Shown here one piece after another: positions 36,014-48,918 of a stretch of DNA of 64,000 nt; the stretch's first letter is position 1; every line of letters begins with the position of its first letter. The position numbers were made by a program, and so were the translations under genes. Origin of the DNA: Malacoraja senta (taxonomy: Eukaryota); contig CM076001.1 in the NCBI GenBank assembly GCA_038087875.1, positions 994,001 through 1,058,000 on the forward strand. The letters run 5' to 3'. Below the pieces are notes generated by a model. It was not told the origin of the DNA, made no database searches, and worked only from the letters and a program-made list of their open reading frames with translations.

Positions 36014-37779
36014 TCCATGGAAACATGGACCTGTTTCCATGCTCTATGACTTTAAGACTAAATCATAAAAACTATTCAGATTCTCTGAAGAGACATTTCA
36101 CTGAATCAAATGGAACAATAACAATAGTAACAATGTTAGTAGAAATGGCAGTCATCTTCGCTATGCTGACTAGTAGAATGGAGTTTTTGCCTTGATCATT
36201 TGCGAAGAATTGTGAAAAACCAGAAAGCAATCCAGATATGTAATTTGTCATCCAGATCTGTAATTTGATTCAAATGTCTCTACAACTGAGTATCAGATAA
36301 ACCTTTCCTTCAGCTTTTCCCTTCCATCCTCTTCTATGATAGTATTACAGAAAGATACATGCACGCACACAGTTATTCCACAGTGTTAGTCATCTTTGTT
36401 ATTCTCCCCACACATTCACTCAAACATTTTACATTCTTCTCACTCAGTCATACCTTTACACACAAACACATACACATTGGTATATTCCTAAGTGATTAAT
36501 ATAGAAAGCAACAAAAAAAACTCTTAATGGTACTGTGCAATGTTTTAATTTAATTTAGAACTTAAAGGTAGCAAAGCTTGTATGTATCTGTCGCTATTTA
36601 ACTGTGTTCTGACTTATTGGTACTGTTGGTAAAAAGGTGGCATGTAATTTACAGGTCGTTTTATGAGAGAAGTGCAAGGATTTATAAATTTAAAATAGAA
36701 CCTATTGGAAAAATAATATTACACTAGCTAGTTGCTATAAAACATTAACAAACTGTTTCAGATATGGTGTTTCTGTTTAATAGCACCATTTTTTAAATGT
36801 CTTTGGGAAAAATTAATGCAAATCTTTTCAGGACAAAATCAGCAGTAACAGTGCCAACTAATTTTTGCTCATTTGATTTGAATTATTAATAAGAAAGAAA
36901 TCTACCATATGTTCCCAAAAGAACAGGATACATTTATTTAAAATAAAATTGCTGTGTTTGAGGCAATATAAGTAGTTCTCAACTGCTCTCATAGATAGCA
37001 TGACTTAAATAATGATGCAACTTATATTTGAATTAGGGACAAAACAGCTGCTCCCTGAATAAAAGTTGGCACCGCTGCTCTATCAGTGCCATTCTGTCAT
37101 TGCCGGCATTGCTTTAATCATCTGTTTCTCATTTTAATTAAAACCAAATAATCCGTTTTTCTATTTAAGTCTTCACCCGCAGCAGCAAATGGCTTTTGCC
37201 AGCTTCATTGGCTAGACTACTATACAGAGTAAATTATTTTATGGCATAATCGTGAATAAAAAATGACAGTGTGTTGTCTCCCTGCAGTAAAATAAAATAA
37301 AAATGCTAATTGAATGCTAGAAAATGTGACATAATGGTCAGGAACATACAATGTCATTCAAAAAACACTTAATACATGCAATAAGGCACTTAAAGGCACA
37401 ATGAACCTGTGGATATAATTATAGCTCACATTGCTTATTCCTTTATAGAAGAAAAACATGTTTTTAAACAAATATTGCCATAATATTATAACTGAATCAG
37501 TATGAAATGAGCTTAACTTCCCATTTTTGCACAGTTATTTCATTGTCTTTTAGGTATCTCTGTTCTAAGGAAGAGAGCCTTTGGCCTTGTATGGGATCTT
37601 GCAGTGATCTTTAAGTGCCTTTCATTTTTATGCACTTGAAATGTAGGTGCTTCTGGTCGGACCAGCATTTATTGCCCATTCAATGGTGCTATTGAGAAAG
37701 CAGTCATTGATTTGTTTTAATTTCATGTGCTATTTCCATATAGGCCAGTGTATAGAATTCTGGATTTTGACCCAGTGGC

Positions 37780-38945
37780 AGTGAACGAAGTCCTAATCAG
37801 AATGGTTTGTGATTTGCAGGGAAATCTGCGGGTCCACGAGACAATTGATAAGGCACCACATCAAAAGTTATCGTGCGAAAGAAAAATCCTATGGTGTAGG
37901 ATATAACATATTTGTGTAGATAGTACATTTGTTGGCCCTCAGGAAGCAGGAAGGAAGCTTAAATGTGGTCATTTCTGATTGGCAAGATGTAATTGATGGT
38001 GTACCACAAGGATCAGTGCTAGCGCATCAACAATTTATATCAATGGGTTCGATGAAGGAAGCAAAGATATGCTTGCTAAAATTTGCTGACAACACAAAGA
38101 TGTGTAGCAAAGTAAATTATGAAGATGACACAAGGGAGCATTCTAAGAATATAGATAGGTTAGCTGATCAACCAAAGATCTGACAGATGGAGTATGTGGA
38201 GAAAATATGACATTTCCATTCGAACAATGGGATATTGTTGAGCTCTGAGATGCAAAAGCTGCAGATGTCCTACTGCATAATTCACAAAGGTTAGTAATAG
38301 AGTCATTGAGTCCACAGCCTGGAAACAGGCCCTTTGGCCCAACTTGCCGATCAAGATGCCTCATCTACGCTAGTCCCACCTGCCCAACTTTGGCCCATTC
38401 AGGGAGAACAAGTAATTAAGAAAGCTAACAGAATGTTATAATTTATTGCTCAGGAAATTGAACATAACAGTAGGGAGTTTATGTTTTAGTTCAGTAGAGA
38501 ATTAGTCCAGCCACACATGGAGTACTCTGCACAGATTTGGTCTCTTTATTTAAGGAAGGAAAGTAATATGTTGGAAGCAAATCCAGACCACTAACTGAAA
38601 TAGGCAGGTTGTCATACAAGGAAAGGTTGGACAAGCTTGGTTTGTATCTGCTGAAGTCGAGGAGACTGAAACGAGACTTGATTAAAATAGTGTGCAGATG
38701 GAAAGGATGTTTCCTCTGCCGGGAGAATCTAAAACTTGAGGTCACTGTTTAACAATAAGCATGTACTCTTTTAAAATGGAAATGAGGTGAAATGTAATCC
38801 TTGAACTCTCTCTCTCAAAGGGTAGTGGAAAGGTAATCTTTGAATATGTTAAAGGTAGAAAGAATGTGTTGGACTTATAATCAGAGCAGCCGTGACTTAT
38901 TAAGCGGTGGAGCAGGCTCAAATGGACAAGTGCATGGCCAAGTCC
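37780..38945 (+). mobile_element. Old degenerate CR1 with a nested minus-strand CR1 tail (~38300-38400)
   Basis: DWQDVIDGVPQGSVLA, KFADNTK remnants. Confidence 0.75.
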
Positions 38946-39094
38946 TATACTATATACTATAGATATACTATAGATATACTAAATACTATAGATTAATTGA
39001 AAACTAAAGATAATAAAAGAAATAAAAGTAATCAGTCCCGGCAACCCCATCCAAATGAGTAAGGCCACACTTGCAGCTGAGGGCTCTGCACAAA

Positions 39095-39505
39095 TCATAT
39101 CATGTGATAGCAGAATTAAGCCATTTGGCCCATCAAGTCCACTCTGTCATACAATCATGGCTGATCTATTTCTCCCTCCTAACCCCATTATCCTGCCTTC
39201 TCCCCATAACCTCTGACATGCATACTAATCAAGAATCTATCTATCTCTGTCTTAAATATATCCACTGACGGCATCCACAGCCTTTTGTGGCAAAGAATTC
39301 CCCAGATTTACCACCATCTGACTAAATAAATTCCTCCTCATCTCCTTCCTAAAAGAACATCCTTTAATTCTCAGGCTATGACGTCTAGTTCTAGACTCTC
39401 CCACTAGTAGAAACATCCTGTCCACATCCACTCTATCCAAGCCTTCACTATTCTGTACATTTCAATGAGATCCCCCCTCATTCTTCAAAACTCAAGCGAG
39501 GCCCA
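39095..39505 (-). mobile_element. CR1 3' fragment
   Basis: DRVDVDRMFLLVGESRTRRHSLRIKG...NSLPQKAV. Confidence 0.85.
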
Positions 39506-42500
39506 GTACTAAAATTTCATCTTAGTTCCAGCACATTCCTGATATTCGCATTGCAATGCACAGATACTGTAGAGAAGTCAGAGACAAGCACACTGCAAGA
39601 AAGACAGAACTGCTGACCAATGACTGCGAATGATATTAATTTAGCCTAATCTATGTGAAGGCAGAAGTATGACTTCTTTGGGCACTTACTTTCTCATAGT
39701 TTTGCTATTTCACTGTCACAAAGAGAGTTTTCAAGATGGCAGTCAAGAACCTCTGGTGAGGTCAAAAATAGTTCACAAGACCTGGTGCTGAGTATGAAAG
39801 GACCTCACACTATCAAACTATACTTTATTAAATTCAACGAAAATGTTATACAAATATTAACAGTAATATTAATTATTTTAAAATAATATAGCATAAATAG
39901 AATGATTTATAGTTCACCATCAATGGACAATAACTCATACTCATTTAGTCAGTTTTATAGAAATATAAAATTATATCACATAGACAATCATTCACTTTCT
40001 GCTGTGTTAAATGTATGTAATGGAACAATAAATTATTACTATCTTGCTCTGCAAAGCGTAGGTCTGGCCCTTAGGAATGGTTCTGAGTGCACAATCATTG
40101 TCACACGAAGACTGGTGTTGGTTGCCATGACCATTGGTATACCAATGAGGAGCAATGTGGCAGCAACAGTAATTGTTGGGACTAACAATTATGAGACTTA
40201 CATTTTAATATGGCTTCGCTAAGTGATTTTGAAACTGTAAATACAACAAAGTTGATACCTTGTTTTCTATCAAAATATTGATAAGACGTTTCAGAAGGCC
40301 TCTTACTTGTGTTTTAATCATTAGGTGCTTAGCGTAGGGCCCAATTGAACATGAAAAGACTGAGCCATCTTGTAAATTCTGAATACGCATTATACTCATT
40401 TGCTCTCCCCATGTTTAATAAAATTTACTATTATTAGAGAGAAGGCTTTTCTTTGTACTTGTAATGAATGTAATAATGATCCAAAATTTAAGCCAAGATC
40501 TATTTTTTAATAAATTATTTTTTGTAGAGTTGCAATTTATGCAAATAGTATGGATAGCAATCATCTAGAAAGAGTTTACCATAGAGATTGTATAAGATTT
40601 TCTTAACATTTTGGGATTGATCTCTATGATCTAACAGGCCTATTCAAATTCTGCAGAGCACTAGATAAAGAATATTTGTATCCATCATACTAAACAATGG
40701 CAGTGTCAATCATGCAGATAAACAGTGTCCAGAAGGCATAGGCTGTTCTATTTATTAATGTTGAACAAATAACAGGGAATGCACAGACCGATCATAACTG
40801 CTATCAGAAGAATGCCTGGCTTCCAGTCATGTATCTTATATACAATAGGAGCACTTGATACTAAATCAGCACATGTCAGGTGGAAATGGAGCCTGAATTG
40901 ACAGGCGGTTGAGAATTTAATTTCTTTCCCTTTTTCCAGCAGCTGAAGTTATTATCACAACTGCAGAGAATTTGTGAGATTAGGAGATAAGGAACGTAAC
41001 GGTCCATCGGGGACTCGTCAATCATGGCAAACTGCTACCAGTATCGAAATTACATCTGCATTTGAATTAGCAACATTATTCGCCAATTTAGTTCAGAGTG
41101 AACATTTTTCCATAGAAGATGGAATTAAATTAGAAAATGAGTGAGTCTTTAATTTCCAGAATATAAATCACATGTTATAATTCAAATCCAGTACCTTAAG
41201 GCCAATTACATTATCCTAAGCAGCATTTCATCTCACAACCTTCCAAGTGTTACAGCGAGGGGGAAGCCATCTCAGACAGCTCAGATTAGTTTCAGCAGCA
41301 AAGAATTATAGGCAGTTTGCAAGACATGAATTAGAGGGGAGGGTGGGGGTGATGAAAAGGATATATTTTCTAAACCATTTCTTGCATGTCATAAAAATGT
41401 GTGTCTGTGTGTTGATTTGAAGTTGTATGTGTATTCAAGTGAAACAATTTCTGTTTAGTGGTAAAAGCATAAAAAGAGGAGATTAAAGAGTTTGCTCCTT
41501 ATCAGTTTATCAGCCAGTTATACCAACATTTCAGAAAACCCCACATATAATGATCTTGATGTTGTACATGCAACAACATTTCAGTTTCTAAATACAAAAT
41601 GTGTTGAATTAAAAGATAGATTTTATGATGATTCCACAATATTTGTTTGTACAACTCTCATTTTTCTGTTAACTAGTTAATACTCGGGCAAGATTAGCAG
41701 GTGCAGAAATAATTCTCAGTCTCAAAACATTAACCATTTTCTCTTATTCTTGCTGTGGTTTTAAAGCTCATCTTTCACATCTTTCCCCCCATAATTCCAG
41801 TTGATGTGTAACGAACGAGTGCGGATGATTTCTTCTCAACCTGATGCCTACTACCCATGGATCTGTTACCCTGGCTTTCCAACTTGCTTATTTTCTCTTC
41901 TTTGTGCCAGTACTCCAACTGATGATAGTGATGTCTGTTTTGAACCATTTGCCATTTGGATGTGAATGCTTTCAAAACACCAGAGTGGTTACATCCAGAT
42001 ATCATCAAATACAGGGGAAACTAGCAAATACACAACGTTCAGGGGCATTCTACTTCTGAGTTAATTTTAGGAAGATTTGGAGTTGCATATGGAATGATAA
42101 ATCGTTCATCTTTTAGCTTTTTTGGAGATCTTTTTGAAAGGAAATTTTCATGATGGGAATAGACCAGAGATTATCAGAGCCAAAGAAAACCTAGATTTTT
42201 TTTTACTGCACAAATCACAGAAAATGGCGACACAGGAAATGGCAGATGCTAGAATCCTGAAAATAACACAAAGTGCTGGAGGAACTCAATGGGTCAGGCA
42301 CTTCTGGACTTGACATCTTTCAGATGAAATGGTGAACTGAGATACAGCCTGTCCTTTCAGATCGATACAAAATATCAAATAAACATTATTCATAAAAAAT
42401 ATATCCAAGAGATACAAAATAGGACAAGGCTTACTTTATATTAATGTTATCATCCAGTCTATACAATTCACAGTCAGGTCAATACATTTGTCGTATTATC

Positions 42501-42564
42501 TCGTGAATACATTTGATGCACAAAGCACCATTGCCACTCATGTAGCCTCTTTGAACAATACACA

Positions 42565-43070
42565 TTTTGTGAATGAGAAGCCGTCACGCAACATCCGGCC
42601 CCTCAGTTTCCAGTTGTGTCAAGACGTTAGATTGCAGTCCTTCCCCTCGTGGCCCTTGTATTAGCTGCACTAAGCTTCAGTGTGTCCCTGGGCACATACT
42701 CCTGCAGCCTAGAATGTACAGACACCTCTTGTACTGGATGACCACCATGTTTCGGGCAGACCAAATCATCCAATAGCACGATGTTTGTCTCAGTATGCAT
42801 TCCTGGAAAGAGCCCATAGATCAGAGAGATCTGTATGTAGCTGCTCGGGACAAACCTTAATAAGGACACTTGCATTCTTTTCCAAACCTTCTTTGCCAAT
42901 GTACAAACCACGAAGAAGTTGACAATTGTATCATCCTCATCGCAGCCACCTCAAGGGCACTGTGCATAGGGATTGGGAATATTCTCCTGGCCAATCTATA
43001 AATCTCAACCGTTAAATTTCCTGTATAGTTGCTAGGTTCTATACCAGCCACAACACACTTCCCCTTTAAG
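42565..43070 (-). mobile_element. L1/Tx1-clade LINE ORF2 C-terminal fragment
   Basis: CTLAKKVWKRMQ, LIYGLFPG, HSRLQEYVPRDTLKLSAANTRA remnants. Confidence 0.6.
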
Positions 43071-43868
43071 ATAGGTAGATAGGTTTAAGCTACGCAGGCT
43101 AGTTATAACTGTTGCAAGTTATGTATGATATTGGGTTCCCTGCTGAATCATCGATTCAATCAGCTGTGTGTGGTTAGTACTGGATGCATGCCGAGATCAT
43201 TAGAATTAACAAGAAGCACAAAATTGTTATGCAGGCTTCATTGCCATTAATGGGCATTGTGATAATTGAGCGTCGCATAGGGAGATAAGGGAAAAATGTA
43301 GACCCAACATCCTAACACTATGCTTGTAAAATGTTTTGATATGCTTGGTATATTCAATAAGTAGAAGCAACTGATGCCCATCAAAGGTAATTCTTAGTAT
43401 TGTTTCCCAAAGGGAGATTTTTATGCTCAGCTCCTGGGTATCACTTTAGGCATTATACACTTTCATTTACCGCATCCTGTGACAGCATTTCATATGCCTA
43501 AAAAAATACATCTACATGTCAGATGAAAGTTTCTCAACATTGCACCAACATATTATTTGATGTTATATTGTATAAATATACTGTATCCATTTTCTGTGCA
43601 TTTTTCAAAAAAGGATCTTTCTTCCAGCCTGTAAGACGGAGAATGTCAGGTCGGGCTGGCTCCGTCCTCATCTCATGATCCCTGAACTGACAACATCCAT
43701 GCAGGTGAAGACAGGTGGCCTGTCCCTGCTCACCCAGCAGGGATCTGGCAAGGCAGAGCAGGCTCCAAGTGGTGTATAGATCTCAGACAACGTATCCTGA
43801 GGCCGACATCTGAATACTTTGACAGGCTTTGCTGGCTTCTCAGCACATGAAGACTTTTAAATAATAGT

Positions 43869-44599
43869 TGTAAATAAGTAATTTCCACAATCTGAAGTTC
43901 AAGATCATCTTTAATCAGTACCCATATATAACGGTACAGCAGGTAGTTAGTTGTTAGATACATAGATACATAGAAATTAGGTGCAGGAGTAGGCCATTCC
44001 GCCCTTCGAGCCTGCACCGCCATTCATTACGATCATGGCTGATCATCCAACTCAGTATCCCGTACCTGCCTTCTCTCCATACCCCCTGATCCCTTTAGCC
44101 ACAAGGGCCACATCTAATTCCCTCTTAAATATAGCCAATGAACTGGCCTCAACTACCCTCTGTGGCAGAGAGTTCCAGAGATTCACCACTCTCTGTGTGA
44201 AAAAGTTTTTCCTCATCTCGGTCTTAAAGGATTTTCCCCTTATCCTTAAGCTGTGACCCCTTGTCCTGGACTTCCCCAACATCGGGAACAATCTTCCTGC
44301 ATCTAGCCTGTCCAACCCCATAAGAATCTTGTACGTTTCTATAAGATCCCCTCTCAATCTCCTAAATTCTAGCGAGTATAAGCCAAGTCTATCCAGTCTT
44401 TCTTCATATGAAAGTCCTGACATCCCAGGAATCAGTCTGGTGAACCTTCTCTGCACTCCCTCTATGGCTATAATGTCCATCATGACCGCTTCCAAGACTG
44501 ACTAGTGTAGGAAGTGGGTGTTAGTATAAAACATACAGTAAGGTGGGGTTAGTGATGCTATTCTACTATGATTGGTTCACATGCATTAACCAATCTACA
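43869..44599 (-). repeat. 3' LTR, interrupted by CR1 (43956-44477)
   Basis: TGTAAATAAG...AACCAATCTACA; PPT GGGAAAGGG on the minus strand at 44600-44608. Confidence 0.95.
43956..44477 (-). mobile_element. Young 5'-truncated CR1
   Basis: Open ORF2 C-terminus DIIAIEGVQRR...GTGY* with tail. 4 bp (GGCT) of LTR lost at the site relative to the other LTR. Confidence 0.95.
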
Positions 44600-44833
44600 C
44601 CCTTTCCCGTAAAGAGTGAATATAGTTAAACACACATGCAGCAAGAATTCAAACATGCTCGCCATATCTGTCAGGCAGTCTACTAATACGGCCCAAACGC
44701 ATACGGACCAAGCCCTCTCCCCCTTTGCCAGAAAAATTAGAAGGAGGCGGTGATCCCGGAAGTGAGAAAGCAGCAGGGGACACCCGTGGTGACCGACAGG
44801 GGGAGCATGCGGGAGAGGTAGTTTTGTGGTTAG

Positions 44834-46531
44834 TCATAGCCGCTGGTCGTGGTGGGGTAAGGGACATGCTGGAACTGGTGGTGGAGCGAAAGGATCGGCT
44901 GGTGGTGGACGTGGTTTCTTCACAGCCAGCAAGTGTTGGCAGTTCCGACGGTACAGGGCGCCATCGATGTCAACAAGGTAGGATCGGGGTTCTTCAGACG
45001 GGCCGACAATGCAATCTAGACGGGAATGTCCCACTGTAGTTTGCAAACAGACGACTTGGCCTGGTAGTAGTGGCTTAAGTGGTCTGCTGGACTTGTCATG
45101 AGATCGTTTCGGGATGTCGTGTTTCTCCTCAATGTGCTTCTGGATCGTAGCTGGCTTCAGCACCTGTGGCACCAGCTTCTGCTGGGCAATTGGTATCGGA
45201 GGTCTTGTCGTCCTGGACATCAGTCGCTGGGCTGGTGAGCCCAGGATCCCGTCTCTAGCAATGTTCCTGAGGTTTAAAAGGTCGAGATACACATCTGACT
45301 TGGCTAGGTGGGCACGTTCCATTAGCTGTTTAGCGCTTCTGACGGCTCGTTCAGTGAGCCCGTTATTTTGTGGGTATTCGGGGCTGCTCGTGACGTGGTG
45401 GAAATTCCATCGGTTAGCAAAGTGTTTGAAGGTGTGACTGGTAAACTGTCTTCCGTTGTCGGTCTGCAAGCGGACAGGTGCGCCGAATGTGGAGAAGTGT
45501 TTCTGTAACTTTTGAATGACCATCTCTGATGTGATGGAAGGCAGTAAATCAAGTTCAGACCAGTTAGAATAGGAGTCAACTAGGACTAGATAATGTTTAC
45601 CGTGCCACTCAAAAATGTCTGCCGTCAGCGACGTCCAGGGCAGTGCTGGTGGAGGTTGTTGCAGCAGGGGCTGTCTCTGTTGGTGCAGCGCCAGGCTGTT
45701 GCAGATGGGGCAAGAGGCCGGTTTGTCCCGTATGTACTTGGCCATGCCAGGCCAGTAAAACATATTCTGTGCGTGGGCCAGCGTGGCATCGGTGCCTGGG
45801 TGGCCGCTGTGTGCCTCTTTGTAGTATTCGTTACGTAGTGATGAAGGGATCACGACTTTGTGGCCCTTAACTATGACGCCGTCCTGTATTACCAGTTCAT
45901 CGTGGACTAAGAAGAATGGCTGCACCTCCGGTGGTGTGCTGGTTTGCCTGTCTGGCCAGCCTCTCTTGATTATGGATGAGAGGAGCTGGAGGGTGGCGTC
46001 AGCGGCTGTGTGTTCAGCTAAGCGGCACAATTGTTTTGTGGGAACAAAGTCAATGCTGAGAACCGTAAACTCGTCCCGATCATAGGGGTGTCGTTTGTTG
46101 GATGCCTGTGGTGCGCGAGAGAGGGTGTCAGCCACGAGCATGTCCTTACCCTTTTTGTAAACAATGTTGAAGTCAAATCGCTGGAGTTGCATCATCATAC
46201 GCTGCAGACGTGCAGGTGCTGCGTGGATGGGTTTGTTGAGGATGGTCACCAGAGGTTGGTGGTCTGTCTCGACCGTGAAAACATTCCCAAAGACGATGTC
46301 CTTGAATTTAGAACAAGCGAAGACCACTGCCAGCAACTCTTTCTCAATTTGCGCGTACCGCTGTTCGGTGTCGGTCATGGTGCGGGAGGCATTGGAGACA
46401 GGACGTAAAGTCCCATCGGCAGATGATTGTAGGCAGGCGGCGGCGGCGGCGAGTCTGTATCGTGAGGCATCGCAGGTAACTGTCACTGGGCGCTTCAGGT
46501 AAAAAAATGTCAAGGTGGGAGCGCTGGTCAT
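44834..46531 (-). pseudogene. Gypsy pol: RNase H + integrase
   Basis: VTCDAS, YAQIEKELLAV, TDHQPL (RH); HSGH..CPIC zinc finger; D(TADIF)-D(TDNG)-E(TERAV) catalytic triad. Confidence 0.95.
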
Positions 46532-46539
46532 TCTCGATT

Positions 46540-47780
46540 TTAAAGCGTCAAATGCTTTTTGGTGTTGCAGAAACCAGGACCAGGCAGTATCCTTTCAAGT
46601 TAGTTGTCTCAGAGGTGAACTCAGTTCACTGAGGTTCGGTATGAACTTTCCCAGATAGTTCCACCATACCCAGGAATCACTGCAGGCTAAACACGTTGGT
46701 GGGGGCTGGCATCTCTGTGATGGCAGCAGTTTTTTTCGGATCTGGTTTGAGACCATCAGGAGTGAAAACATGTCCGACATAGGTGACCTCTGGAACCCTG
46801 AACTTGCACTTGTTAGGGTTGAATTTCAAGTTGATCTGATGTGCCCAGTCCATGATAAGCTTTAGGTTGTTGTCATGCTCCGCTGTGTCTTTGCCATAAA
46901 CCAGGATATCATCTATGATGATGGCACACGGGAGGCCCTGGAACAGCAGTTCCATGTTTCTCTGGAAGACTTCCCTGGCTGAGTTAATGCCGAATGGCAT
47001 TCTTAGAAACTTAAACCTGCCAAATGGAGTGGCAAATGTGGTCAGGTTTGACGACTCGTCATCTAGCGGTATCTGCCAAAATGAGCTTTTTGCGTCGAGG
47101 ACTGAAAATACGGTGGCTCGTCCGATCTGCGCAACGACGTCCTCAACAGTCCTCATAGGATAATGTGGACGCCTGATGGCAGCATTCAAACCCTTTGGAT
47201 TGATGCATACGCGGAGCTCGTTTTTATCCTTCCTAACGGTGGCAACCATAGTGGAAACCCAGTCAGTGGGTTCACTGATCTCGGCTAGTACGCCTAAGGA
47301 GACCATGTTCTTTAGTTCAGACTCAATCCTGTCTCTCATAGCGTGTGGCACACGGTGGGGTGCGCGGACAACTGGGTCAACATTGGGGTCAATGGATATC
47401 TTGTAGGTCACAGGCAGCTTGCCTAGTTTGCCATCGAACAGATCAGGGTACTCTTTTACCGGGTCCGCAGATATCAGATATCAGTAGCTTGTGAACAAAG
47501 AAAACCAGCCCTAAGTCTTGGCATGCATGGATGCCCAGTAGAGTCACAGAGTGAGAATTCAAAACATAGAAGGTCAGATTCCTTGTAGTGTTTTTCAGCA
47601 CACATTTAAAAGTGGTTCTTCCCAGGGGATACAAAACTTCCCCCCGTAAGCATGTAGAGTGGACTTGTCTTTAGTCAAGGCCTCATTATTTCTTATCTTG
47701 CTGTAGATGTGCACAGACATTACGTTAAGTTTTGCACCAGTATCTAGCTTGGCCTTCACAAGTTTATTATTAAATGACAT
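46540..47780 (-). pseudogene. Gypsy pol: protease + reverse transcriptase (frameshifted)
   Basis: KLDTGA aspartic protease motif; LDAKSSFWQI, RMPFG, IIDDILVYG RT motifs in broken frames. Confidence 0.9.
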
Positions 47781-47929
47781 CAGAACTGAAGGACCGAGAA
47801 TCTTACCAGCTGTGTGAAGGAGTGAATGCACGGTTGACTCCCCGTACGAGTTAATTGGACTGTCCTCCGGGGCAGAGTCGAGCTGGTCTTGAGAAGCAGG
47901 AGTTGTTTGGTTTTGTTGCAGCAGGTGCA

Positions 47930-48334
47930 GATTAGACGTTGAACTAGAGGGTCTTTTCCCATGGGCTCTGCAAGCGGCGGCGAAATGGTTAATCTTCTTG
48001 CAGTAATTGCAGGACTTTCCGTAATGCGGTTCGACGGTAGGTCGCATATCTCACGGAATTTACGCAGTAAAACATTAGGGTCATGCATAGACCCGGCAGG
48101 CACAACTACCTGGTCGTTGTCGTCTTGGACAGCTGGTGCGTATTCAAAAGTCCTAGCTCTCACCATGGCCTCAGGTCCCGCAAGGTTAAGTAGGAGGGAA
48201 GCCTTGACAGCGCCTGATTCATTTCGGTGGACGATATTGATGTAGTGTCCGTAATCAAACTCAAAGAGCTGCCATCGCTCGCTGATGTCGGAATCAAAGA
48301 TAAGCTGTGCAGGCTTCCTGCATGATTGAGCCAT
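47930..48334 (-). pseudogene. Gypsy gag, internally deleted
   Basis: MAQSCRKP...ERWQLF N-terminus joined out of frame to the zinc knuckle CNYCKKINHFAAAC. Confidence 0.8.
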
Positions 48335-48404
48335 AGTGAAGCAAGAAAAAAAACGGATAAACCGAAATAAAAAACGGTGAACGGACGCAGTGGGTTACTC
48401 CAAG

Positions 48405-48417
48405 CTTACTGACACCA
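48405..48417 (-). promoter_or_regulatory. Primer-binding site (tRNA-Leu-like)
   Basis: TGGTGTCAG directly after the 5' LTR on the minus strand. Confidence 0.7.
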
Positions 48418-48918
48418 TGTAAATAAGTAATTTCCACAATCTGAAGTTCAAGATCATCTTTAATCAGTACCCATATATAACGGTACAGCAGGTCGTTCGT
48501 TGTTGGCTCATCGTGACCGCTTCCAAGACTGACTAGTGTAGGAAGTGGGTGTTAGTATAAAACAAACAGTAAGGTGGGGTTAGTGATGCTATTCTACTAT
48601 GAGCTCCCGTGGATTTGGAAGCAACAGCAACAAAGAGAAGCAGGAGAAAACACTGATTGGCTGTAGCCCGAGTGGGAGGAGAGTTAGAAGTGAGTCAGAG
48701 GGGGAAAACAGTTGAAAACTGAGGAATTGGTTTGTAAATTGGTAAATTAGGCAATTTATCAGTCAATATAAGCAAGACGGCTCTTAGGGAGCGGCAGTGA
48801 GGGAGCGGCCTTGTGAGGGAAGTGCCCTGTGAGAAAACTGTGAGTCTTTGGCTCGAGAGTCTTCGCTGAGGAGAGGAGGCTACACAAAACGCTGCAGAGG
48901 GAGAGACGAAAGAAGGAG

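Noticed and set aside
38944..38992. (TATACTATAGA)n short tandem repeat
   Set aside because: Ordinary slippage repeat at a CR1 tail.
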